A DNA stretch of 55,910 nt, from IMG/VR virus record IMGVR_UViG_3300036779_000083, positions 1 through 55,910 of that record, one strand, 5' to 3'. The notes beneath the pieces are model-generated. The model had not been told where the DNA came from. It made no database searches and was given only the letters and a program-made list of their open reading frames with translations. Below are positions 1 to 7,682 of this stretch, one piece after another (position 1 is the stretch's first letter; every line of letters starts with the position of its first letter). This stretch comes from a virus (taxonomy: Duplodnaviria > Caudoviricetes). Made by a program: the position numbers and the translations under genes.

Positions 1-421
1 GACTTAGGCGTGCCCCGACTCGCCCCGCTGTGCTCGGCTTTGCCTAGCCAGCCTCGCCTCGCTACGCCGTGCAAGACCTTGCCCGATACGCCAAGACCAG
101 CTCTGCTCTGCCAGCCTCGACCAGCCACGCCGTGCTTTGCCATACTGTGCAGAGCAGGGACGAGCCCGACAAAGCTGCGCCGAACACTGCCAGCCTCGAT
201 CTGCTACGCCATGCTACGACGGACCGGGACAAGACGAGCCAAACGTTGCCTCGCCAGCCTCGCCAAGCCAGGACTTGCTGTGCTGTGCCATGACGAATCG
301 CGCCGCGCCAGCCTCGATCGGCCGCGCATTGCAAGACCTCGCTTCGCCGGGCCATGACTAACTACGCCAGCTTTGCCACGCTCCGCTATGTAATGCTTGG
401 CTCAGCCGCTCCTGGCCAGCC
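1..421 (-). ncRNA. Pentamer-periodic guide-like RNA array: (GGY/NGC/GTC + NN)n units separated by a 4-nt GGCT; at least 7 units, truncated at window start
   Basis: GCCAGCCTCG-like junctions on + strand at 47,110,189,253,307,366,415 (spacings 63,79,64,54,59,49 = 5n+4 except one 1-nt deletion). Strict 5-nt periodicity between junctions. Lies directly downstream of, and co-oriented with, the RAMP-like operon. Confidence 0.8.
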
Positions 422-454
422 CTTCCTTGCCTTCGACACACCGATCATCCGTTG

Positions 455-476
455 CCTGATCTCTTAAGTGATCAGG
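455..476 (-). other. Inverted repeat/hairpin between accessory gene stop and array (possible processing or leader signal)
   Basis: CCTGATC-N8-GATCAGG overlapping the TGA of ORF 472-996. Confidence 0.45.
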
Positions 477-996
477 TCGCCGGGTGTGCCGCGCCCGGGC
501 CGCCTGCGCGACGCCGAGCGATTTCTTCTTCCAGTCTTTGACGGGCTGCACGAACCATGTCGCAGATCGCCGCTAGGTCGGCGTATCGTGTTTCCCATGC
601 TTCGAGGTCACGCAAAGCAGCAGCTTCGACCAGCCTTTGTAGGTCGCGATTTGTTATGATTTCTCCAGCGCTTCTGTAAGCGGTGCCGATCCCATCACGA
701 ACAGAAACATAAGCATGCGTCGGTTCTTCGATAACCGCGGTCTCGACGTAGATGATGCTGATCAAGTTTCTCGCCTGATCGAGCCGGTATTCCGCCGCCG
801 CTTTTGCGTCGTCCCATTCGAAGTGTTTGTGACACACATGCCGTCGGTTCTGCGCCGCGGTGACGAGATGCTGTGGCTTGAGGCGGCCACCGTTCTCGTT
901 GGTGAGCCGCTCCAATGCTTCGCCGATGGCCTGCGCGTCGGCCTGTTTCGCGTTCTTTAACGGAAGTGGACCGGGCTTAAAACTGTATGTGGGCAT
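472..996 (-). CDS. Conserved phage protein, accessory to the RAMP-like gene and repeat array
   Basis: 174 aa ORF with HKHFEWDDAKAAAEYRLDQAR motif; starts 3 nt after the RAMP gene stop; GGAG RBS. Confidence 0.8.
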   Translation of the reverse strand: MPTYSFKPGPLPLKNAKQADAQAIGEALERLTNENGGRLKPQHLVTAAQNRRHVCHKHFEWDDAKAAAEYRLDQARNLISIIYVETAVIEEPTHAYVSVRDGIGTAYRSAGEIITNRDLQRLVEAAALRDLEAWETRYADLAAICDMVRAARQRLEEEIARRRAGGPGAAHPAT

Positions 997-999
997 GGG

Positions 1000-1875
1000 T
1001 TACTCCGCCGCTTCTGACATCCATTCTGCGAAATAGTCCGATATGTCGGTCTTGGGACGTACGGGCAACGGACCTTTGCCGCGAACGAACTTCATCCACG
1101 ATTCACCCTCTTCCTCGGTGGCGAGATGGAACGCGCCGAACTCGCCGGACTTCTCGGTGCGCCAGTCGCCGACGCCGCACATCACACCAGCATCGCGCAA
1201 CAAGAACAACAGGGTTTCTATCGGAAATGCGTCGGCGTTGAATTTCCCCTGGACGAGGAGAGCCCAGTTTTCGAATTGGGCTCGGTAAGCAAGAGTTGCA
1301 GTTTTGTTCAAACCGGCGCCAACGCGCACCATATCTTCGCGCATTTCCGGTTCGCCAGCGACGATGGGGATCAGCGGCAAAGTGCAGATTGCTTTTTCGA
1401 AGGCGGTTTGAACTCTCGTCATTTGAGAATCAAATTTTATGCTGGCTTGTGACAAAGTTTTCGCAACACCCTTATCTTTATGAGATACCGAGAGAATCGA
1501 CTTCTTCACCGCAGTAACCGGGAAGCCGTACATGCCGTTGCCCATGTCGTAGAGACTCGATATGAAATCGCCGTGGGGGTTGCGTTCCTCACGGCCGCCG
1601 CGCGTGGTCTTCTTTTGTTTTTTCAACATTTCCTTCTTGGCCTTCTCGGACCATGCGTGGCAAATCAGTGGTGTGTCGCCAATCAACCAGATACGGAAGC
1701 GCTTCCAGTTCGCCGGGGTGAGACGGACACCGTCCTCGATATCGGTGAGGGCGCTGCTGCTCTTGGCTTTGCGCTTGGTCGTCGTGGACTTGGCGCCGGT
1801 TATCAAGTCCTTGACCTCGGTGACCTCGACATCGGACTCGATCAGGTTTTCCAGCTTCGTCTTCTTGTTAGCCAT
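1000..1875 (-). CDS. RAMP-superfamily (Cas7/Csm3-like, Vipr-like) RNA-binding protein
   Basis: N-terminal beta-strand IWLIGDTPL, FPVTAVKKSI (cf. iPgsslKGal), C-terminal glycine-rich loop GVGDWRTEKSGEFGAF; AGGAG RBS; no other cas genes nearby. Confidence 0.75.
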   Translation of the reverse strand: MANKKTKLENLIESDVEVTEVKDLITGAKSTTTKRKAKSSSALTDIEDGVRLTPANWKRFRIWLIGDTPLICHAWSEKAKKEMLKKQKKTTRGGREERNPHGDFISSLYDMGNGMYGFPVTAVKKSILSVSHKDKGVAKTLSQASIKFDSQMTRVQTAFEKAICTLPLIPIVAGEPEMREDMVRVGAGLNKTATLAYRAQFENWALLVQGKFNADAFPIETLLFLLRDAGVMCGVGDWRTEKSGEFGAFHLATEEEGESWMKFVRGKGPLPVRPKTDISDYFAEWMSEAAE

Positions 1876-2090
1876 GACATGGTGCTCCTGTGAAAATAGG
1901 GTCGAGGCGAAAACACCTCATCTCTGTCAGTGCACATTACAAACTCGTTTGCAAGCACGGGTTACAGCGACTATACCAATGCACAGGGCCGGATCACACC
2001 AACGTATAATGCGAGCTTACAGTTCACCTGACTACACGTAACGACACCTAACAACTCCTAACAACATCCGAGGACTTCCGAGGACTTTCG
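1876..2090. promoter_or_regulatory. Divergent control region between RAMP operon and cro-like gene
   Basis: AT-richer intergenic region; TTGCAA(1949)-N17-TATACC(1972) promoter-like on +; 10-bp-periodic repeats at 2037-2086. Confidence 0.4.
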
Positions 2091-2360
2091 ATGAGCGCCA
2101 AAAAGATGCCGACTCCGCGCACCCCGCCGGGTCGTCGCCCCGAGAACCCGCCGACCGATGTGACGAAAATTCGCACCGCCGATCAGGCGCTCGACTACGT
2201 CAAGACCGCCGAGATCGAGCTGGTGATCCGCAAGGCTTGCGGTGGAATCTCACGTCCAGCTGTGCTCAACTGGCGTCGGATTCCGGCAGAGCATTGCCCG
2301 GCGATCGAGAAGGCGACGGGCATCCCCCGCGCGATCCTGCGCCCGGACATCTACAAATGA
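2091..2360 (+). CDS. Cro/YdaS-like HTH transcriptional regulator
   Basis: GISRPAVLNWRRIPAEHCPAIEKATGIPRAILRPDIY signature. Confidence 0.8.
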   Translation: MSAKKMPTPRTPPGRRPENPPTDVTKIRTADQALDYVKTAEIELVIRKACGGISRPAVLNWRRIPAEHCPAIEKATGIPRAILRPDIYK

Positions 2361-2374
2361 AAAGGAAGCGGGCC

Positions 2375-2809
2375 ATGGTCGACGACACCAACGCCATCAC
2401 CCAGAAGCAAGTCGAGCCGTTCATGAGGAAGGTCGAGTCCTTCCTCCGTGATCTCGAAAGCGAGCGCGGCGCCTACATGAACCGCTGCAAGGGACTTCGG
2501 ACGGCGATCGAGGAGACGCTCGACGATGCCAAGGCCGCCGGCCTTCCGAAGGCGGTGATGAAGGCAGCAATCAAAACCTTGGAGCTGCAGCGCCGAATCA
2601 ATAAGCTCCGCGCCAAGCTCGAAGAGGATGCCGCGCTCGAACACGATATGATCATTGCCGCAGTCGAGGGGATGGAAGATTTGCCGCTCGGGATCGCAGC
2701 CGTCGAGCGCGAGAAGCGGGAGGCCGCCGAGCGCAAGCTGCGTAAAAGCCGCAAGCGTAGCGCAGCGGTCGACAAGCTGGCCGGCGAGGGCGACGAGGTG
2801 ATGCATTGA
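2375..2809 (+). CDS. GapR/DUF2312-like DNA-binding protein
   Basis: FMRKVESFLRDLESER...DDAKAAGLPKAVMKAAIK pattern resembles DUF2312; alternative start 2357. Confidence 0.55.
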   Translation: MVDDTNAITQKQVEPFMRKVESFLRDLESERGAYMNRCKGLRTAIEETLDDAKAAGLPKAVMKAAIKTLELQRRINKLRAKLEEDAALEHDMIIAAVEGMEDLPLGIAAVEREKREAAERKLRKSRKRSAAVDKLAGEGDEVMH

Positions 2810-2931
2810 GCGGCTGGATGCTCCGACGAGAGCCGTGGCAGCTCGTTCTGATGGGTGCGCTCGCCGGAGTATTGATGTTTGGATTGGGAATGTGGGTCGG
2901 CAGTTGGCATTGAAAGAAACGGGATGAAAAA

Positions 2932-3297
2932 ATGACACTTCTCGACGAGGTAATCGACTTTGCACAGCGCAACGCGGAAGCGGCAAAAATCCATTGGGAT
3001 CGCGAGACGTGGCAGGTCCACCACGACAAGTGCGTCAAAGTCCGCGCCGAGATCACCAAGCTGTGCTCCGAACTCGCCGAAGTAAAAGCTGCGCGGGCAA
3101 CTGAATGGGCCGGCTTCAAGACGGCATGGGATATCCAAGCGAGCGCGCTAGAGGCGGCCCTTGCTGAAGTCGCCGACCGGAATCGCAGGATTGCGGAGTT
3201 GGAGCGCGAGTTGTTAGTCGGATGGGCCGTGAGCCTCGCCGACCGGGACCGGCGGATAGCGCAACCCAAGGCGTTCACTGAGGAGGAAAATTCGTGA
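2932..3297 (+). CDS. Hypothetical coiled-coil protein
   Basis: 121 aa ORF; GTGA overlap with the next gene. Confidence 0.6.
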   Translation: MTLLDEVIDFAQRNAEAAKIHWDRETWQVHHDKCVKVRAEITKLCSELAEVKAARATEWAGFKTAWDIQASALEAALAEVADRNRRIAELERELLVGWAVSLADRDRRIAQPKAFTEEENS

Positions 3298-3299
3298 AG
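3236..3299 (+). repeat. 64-bp direct repeat copy 1 (copy 2 at 10691-10754)
   Basis: 63/64 identical; contains the GAGGAGG RBS and GTG start. Confidence 0.9.
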
Positions 3300-4322
3300 C
3301 TTCCAGAGAGATATTCCGCCGCCCGCAAGGCGCTCGCCGCCTGTGTCAAGATCGACGAGGTGAAGAGCATTCGCGACAAGGCGATGGCGATGGAGACCTA
3401 CGCGTTCCAGGCCAAGGACGGCCAGTTGATCGCCGAGGCCACCGAGATCAAGATGCGGGCGACCCGGCGCATCGGCGAGATGATGGCCGAGCAGAAGGCG
3501 ACCGGGGTCAGGGCGAAGGGCGGCCAGCGCAAGCGGGGACCTGATACCCCGATCACTCTCGCCGATCAGAAGGTCGACAAAGACCTCGCCAAGCGGGCGC
3601 GCACGCTCGCCGAAATGTCAGCGAAGGAATTCGAAAAGCGGATCGACACCGCGATCACGCTGGCGACCGCTTCAACCTCTGGCAACAGCGAAGTCGTCAA
3701 GCTTGCCCGGGCCGAGCGGCAGAAGGAGAAAAAGACCAAGCGAGCGAAGCGCCAGCGCCAACTCGCCGCCAAGATCAAGAACCTCCCCGACCGCCGCTAT
3801 GGTGTGATCCTGGCCGATCCAGGCTGGCGTTTCGAGACCTATTCCGAAGAGACCGGAATGGATCGGGCGCCGGAGAACCACTACTCCACCGAGGAGACCG
3901 TCGACATCCGCAAATGGCCGGTCGTGCACATCGCCGCCGACGATTGCGCGTTGTTCTTGTGGGCGACCGGGCCGATGATCGAAGATGCGCTCGACGTGAT
4001 GCGGGCGTGGGACTTCACCTACGTTTCGCAGTTTTGTTGGGACAAGGAGGTCGCTGGCCCAGGCTATTGGAATCGCGGCGAGCACGAGCTGCTATTGGTC
4101 GGTACCCGCGGCAAAGTGCCGGCGCCTGCGATGGGCGATAACTTCAGCTCGATGATCCGCGAGAAGAAACGCAAGCACAGCGAAAAGCCGGAGAAGGCTT
4201 ACAAGATCATCGAAGCCTATTTCCCCGATCTGCCGAAGATCGAGTTGAATCGCCGCGGTGAACCACGCGACGGCTGGGATGCCTGGGGCAATGAGGCCGA
4301 AGAAGCGCAGGCTGCCGAATGA
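3294..4322 (+). CDS. MT-A70 family N6-adenine methyltransferase with helical N-terminal domain
   Basis: YGVILADPGW, HY, CALFLWAT, HELLLVGTRG, HSEKP, KIEL, GWDAWGNE motifs. Confidence 0.85.
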   Translation: MKLPERYSAARKALAACVKIDEVKSIRDKAMAMETYAFQAKDGQLIAEATEIKMRATRRIGEMMAEQKATGVRAKGGQRKRGPDTPITLADQKVDKDLAKRARTLAEMSAKEFEKRIDTAITLATASTSGNSEVVKLARAERQKEKKTKRAKRQRQLAAKIKNLPDRRYGVILADPGWRFETYSEETGMDRAPENHYSTEETVDIRKWPVVHIAADDCALFLWATGPMIEDALDVMRAWDFTYVSQFCWDKEVAGPGYWNRGEHELLLVGTRGKVPAPAMGDNFSSMIREKKRKHSEKPEKAYKIIEAYFPDLPKIELNRRGEPRDGWDAWGNEAEEAQAAE

Positions 4323-5317
4323 CGATTGCGTCTGGAAAAACAGCGGCGGTGATTCCGCTACGCGGTCGGAAAGTCCAGCACTACAACCCGGAGAAAGGAC
4401 TCCGCAAGATCGCCGCCGCCAAGGCTGGCGAGGAGCGTGCTCGCCGCGCTCGCGATGCCGAGGGTATGTTTCGTGAGATCGTCAAGAAGCTGAAAGCCCA
4501 GGCCGCATACATCGTCTGGCGCGACGCGGCGATGGCGGCTGTGGTGAAGCTGCGGGGTGGAAAGGGTGGAAAAGACAGTGGTCACCACTCAGGGAAGAAG
4601 GGTGCACTCTCGCCAGTGAGAGTGCACTTACCTGACGCCGATCCCGGCGAGAAGACCGCCCACCGCTGGCGCCGCGACCTCTGCTCGAAGGTCGACAAGG
4701 TCACCGTCGTCGACGAGGCAAAATTTGCGCTGGCCGCCGACGACGCCAAGAACCGGGCGCTGCGCGCCTGCGAACGTCAATCGAAGGGCACCGAGCGCGG
4801 CACCGCTGGCACCGGAGAGTTTGAGCGCTACACTCCGCCGCAGTACATCGAGGCGGCGCGCAAGGTACTCGGCGAGATCGATCTCGATCCGGCGACCAGT
4901 CCGATGGCGCAGAAAACGGTGAGGGCCAAGCAATTCTTCACCGAAGATACCAACGGCCTCGATCGTGAATGGCACGGCCGGGTGTGGCTCAATCCACCCT
5001 ATCATCGCGATCTGGCACCGGCCTTCATCAGCAAGTTGGTGGCGGAGATCGAAGCTGGCCACGTGACCGCCGCCGTCATGCTCACCAACAACTCGACCGA
5101 CACCGACTGGTTTGATACGGCGCTGCGCGCCTGTGCCAGCGTATGCTTCACGCACGGGCGTATCGCCTTCACGACGCCGCCGATCGGCACTGAGGTTGAC
5201 CCGACACAAGGGCAGGCGTTTTTCTATTACGGCGACGATCCGACTCGTTTCGAGGACGTGTTCTGTGTCATCGGCTCGTGCGTGCGCCCGAGCCGACAAT
5301 ATGTTGAGGTTGAGTGA
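4319..5317 (+). CDS. Phage Dam-like DNA N6-adenine methyltransferase
   Basis: YTPPQY, IDLDPA, GL-EW-GRVWLNPPY, GRIAF motifs. Confidence 0.85.
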   Translation: MTIASGKTAAVIPLRGRKVQHYNPEKGLRKIAAAKAGEERARRARDAEGMFREIVKKLKAQAAYIVWRDAAMAAVVKLRGGKGGKDSGHHSGKKGALSPVRVHLPDADPGEKTAHRWRRDLCSKVDKVTVVDEAKFALAADDAKNRALRACERQSKGTERGTAGTGEFERYTPPQYIEAARKVLGEIDLDPATSPMAQKTVRAKQFFTEDTNGLDREWHGRVWLNPPYHRDLAPAFISKLVAEIEAGHVTAAVMLTNNSTDTDWFDTALRACASVCFTHGRIAFTTPPIGTEVDPTQGQAFFYYGDDPTRFEDVFCVIGSCVRPSRQYVEVE

Positions 5318-6075
5318 TGGATACGTTTGTCTGCAAAGACTGCGGTTACAAAATAAATGTACCGCTTACGATCGGGGATGTGAACATCTTTATGAGGCAT
5401 CTACCATTCGGTTATGATGGTTTTCTGCATTGGGAGTACATCAACAAAGCCTTCCCTCGGACGATCACCGGAAGTGATATTGATCTGGCAACTGACATCG
5501 AAAGTCGATTTCGCGACGCTGCCACCATGCTCACGTTCGAGACGACCGACAGTGCCAGTAAGTTTAATCGTAATGAGCGCGGCGACGAGAGTGGTCAAAT
5601 GCGAATGTTTGACCGCCTGATCCGCCGCGGATTTCACCATCACTTCGACATTGTTGGAAAAGAAATTCCGACCAGATGGCGACATCGTTGTTTGGCGAGC
5701 GATGGTTCGGTTTACAGTACCGGCTGGCGCTCTTCAGCAGATGAACGTGTAGCAATCGCCAATGAGGTAAAGCTCATTGCTAGAAAGGCCGATGGTTTGA
5801 CAAAGGACAAATTTGATTTTGGTATTTTGAAAAACACTTGGGCAATTTCCAGTGCATCAACACGAAAGCGATTCGCTGAGTTCATCAAAGAGAATTTCGA
5901 CTATCGTCCGCCAAAAGAGCCAGCGCCAAGCACGGCCAATGAAGCGATTAGAAATGATAAGGTTTTCGAGTACGTCACCGGCAAAGACGAGCAACCGTCA
6001 CCGCCACCGCCGCTAGCTCCACCGCCACTGCCGCCCGATGATAATCGCAACCTACTGAGTTTTTTAGATGTCTGA
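5314..6075 (+). CDS. Hypothetical protein (lower GC, CxxC N-terminus, possible PD-(D/E)xK-like core)
   Basis: 253 aa ORF visibly AT-richer than its flanks; SDIDL...TFE pattern. Confidence 0.6.
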   Translation: MMDTFVCKDCGYKINVPLTIGDVNIFMRHLPFGYDGFLHWEYINKAFPRTITGSDIDLATDIESRFRDAATMLTFETTDSASKFNRNERGDESGQMRMFDRLIRRGFHHHFDIVGKEIPTRWRHRCLASDGSVYSTGWRSSADERVAIANEVKLIARKADGLTKDKFDFGILKNTWAISSASTRKRFAEFIKENFDYRPPKEPAPSTANEAIRNDKVFEYVTGKDEQPSPPPPLAPPPLPPDDNRNLLSFLDV

Positions 6076-6406
6076 TGTCAGCTACGACGGCCCTATCAAG
6101 CCCGGGCTTCGCTTCATCTGGGAGCCCGGCAAGCCTCACGCGCACGAACTGATCGAGGTTGTGCGCGTGAGCGATACTGGCGACATGGTGCGGTCCAGAG
6201 CCGTCGGCGGTATCGAATATTGGAACGACGTGTCGCGCTTCCGTGAGTCCGTCGTTCCGCTGCGCTGCTATCTCGACAATGATCAGCCGTGCCGGGCCAC
6301 CATCTTGGAAGCGTGTTTGTGCGGCAGCTATGCGAGTTGGTACGTCTATGAGCGAGATCGAACGCTGGCCAAAGCGAGTAGTGATCTACCCACGAGCGCT
6401 CGCTGA
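6068..6406 (+). CDS. Hypothetical protein
   Basis: 112 aa ORF in a tightly packed operon. Confidence 0.5.
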   Translation: MSDVSYDGPIKPGLRFIWEPGKPHAHELIEVVRVSDTGDMVRSRAVGGIEYWNDVSRFRESVVPLRCYLDNDQPCRATILEACLCGSYASWYVYERDRTLAKASSDLPTSAR

Positions 6407-6617
6407 GCTGATCAAAGAGCATGGCGGCTACGACAACATCACGCCGGAAGCCTGGGCCGCGTGGGATCGTCTTCAACAGGAATGGCGCGTGCGGCACGGC
6501 AGCGATCAAACGTGCGTCTATGTGAACAAGGACGGTTCGGTCTATAACCCAAACCGAATCGATCTGCGTGGCACGCCCTATGAGCGATCCCGACGAGCTG
6601 GACATCCTCGCGCTTGA
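6348..6617 (+). CDS. Hypothetical protein
   Basis: Fills the gap before the resolvase; start uncertain. Confidence 0.4.
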   Translation: MSEIERWPKRVVIYPRALAELIKEHGGYDNITPEAWAAWDRLQQEWRVRHGSDQTCVYVNKDGSVYNPNRIDLRGTPYERSRRAGHPRA

Positions 6618-7119
6618 CCTCGCCAAGCGCACCGGCTGGGCGCGCGGGCGTCTCGACAGCGAAGCGCCCACCTTCGGCTCGATCAGCTTCGGCAAGGATG
6701 GCGCCAGCAACTACGCGCGCTTCGCCCATGCGCTGCGCTGGGCCGTCGATATTTTCAAGAATGATCCGCCCGATGTACTGGTGATCGAAGCGCCGATCTC
6801 GGTGCAGGCATTCAGCATGCAGCAGGGCGCGAAGATTCTCTTCGGCCTGCCGGCAGTGATCACCGGTGTCGCCTATGAGTGCGGGGTGTTCACGATCCAC
6901 GAGTACGACGTGCGCGACATCCGCGGCATGTTCACCGGGCATCGATCGCTGAAGACCGATATTGCCAAGGCAGCGACGGTGCGTCGGTGCAAGCAACTCG
7001 GCTGGAATGTCGAAGATCACAACGCCGCCGACGCCTGTGCTCTGTGGATGTATCAATGCGCCCGCGTCCATCCTGGCCCAACATTGCGGCGGTTGGCGTC
7101 GGTCGGCATCTGCGTCTGA
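6580..7119 (+). CDS. RuvC-like Holliday junction resolvase
   Basis: ILALDLAKRTGWA, VLVIEAP, DHNAADACAL motifs. Confidence 0.8.
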   Translation: MSDPDELDILALDLAKRTGWARGRLDSEAPTFGSISFGKDGASNYARFAHALRWAVDIFKNDPPDVLVIEAPISVQAFSMQQGAKILFGLPAVITGVAYECGVFTIHEYDVRDIRGMFTGHRSLKTDIAKAATVRRCKQLGWNVEDHNAADACALWMYQCARVHPGPTLRRLASVGICV

Positions 7120-7338
7120 AATTTTATATGTCTTGACTGTGACGCCGACTCGGATGCACGCTCAGCGAGTCGGCTGCTTTTCAAGCACTAAAAAGTGTGG
7201 CCCCCGGCGACGCAATCACCGAGGGCCAGAGAGGTAGAAGGCACACGGGTCTAAACGTGGGTCGCGAGACCCAGGTGCCCGCCGGACCAGAGGTGACAAC
7301 TCTGGGCGACTTCACGATCGGACACGGAACGTCCAACC

Positions 7339-7680
7339 ATGCACAACATTCCACATAATTCAATTCAGAGCGTCGCGCAACCCGCGCACCCACCAACTAT
7401 AGCTTTAGACGCAGACGCCTGGATCGCCGCCGTCGCCGTCGATTCGCGTGTCACCCACGCGTCATTCAGGGTCGCCTACCACCTCGCCCGCCAGCTCTAC
7501 TCCCCTCACATCAAAGAGCTTCAGCCTACCGTTAAAGCGTTGGCGCGCCTCACGTTTGCCAACGAGATCACGGTGATTAAGGCGATCTGCATCCTCGAAT
7601 CGATCGGCTTCCTGCGCTGCGAGAGGTTCTTCTCGCGCCACCGGCCGAACCTCTATTTCCTCAAGATGCCGGAGCGCTGA
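7339..7680 (+). CDS. Winged HTH DNA-binding protein
   Basis: PTVKALARLTFANEITVIKAICILESIGFL...PNLYFL. Confidence 0.65.
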   Translation: MHNIPHNSIQSVAQPAHPPTIALDADAWIAAVAVDSRVTHASFRVAYHLARQLYSPHIKELQPTVKALARLTFANEITVIKAICILESIGFLRCERFFSRHRPNLYFLKMPER

Positions 7681-7682
7681 CC

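Noticed and set aside
10-361. Overlapping ORFs on both strands (10-357, 62-355, 69-293, 137-361)
   Set aside because: Artefacts of the stop-poor 5-nt repeat array; low-complexity Arg/Ala/Pro/Cys peptides; a period of 5 does not fit codon structure.
1-421. Classical CRISPR array
   Set aside because: The constant part is only about 7-10 nt, unit lengths vary in steps of 5, the intervening sequence is itself periodic, and there is no cas1/cas2.
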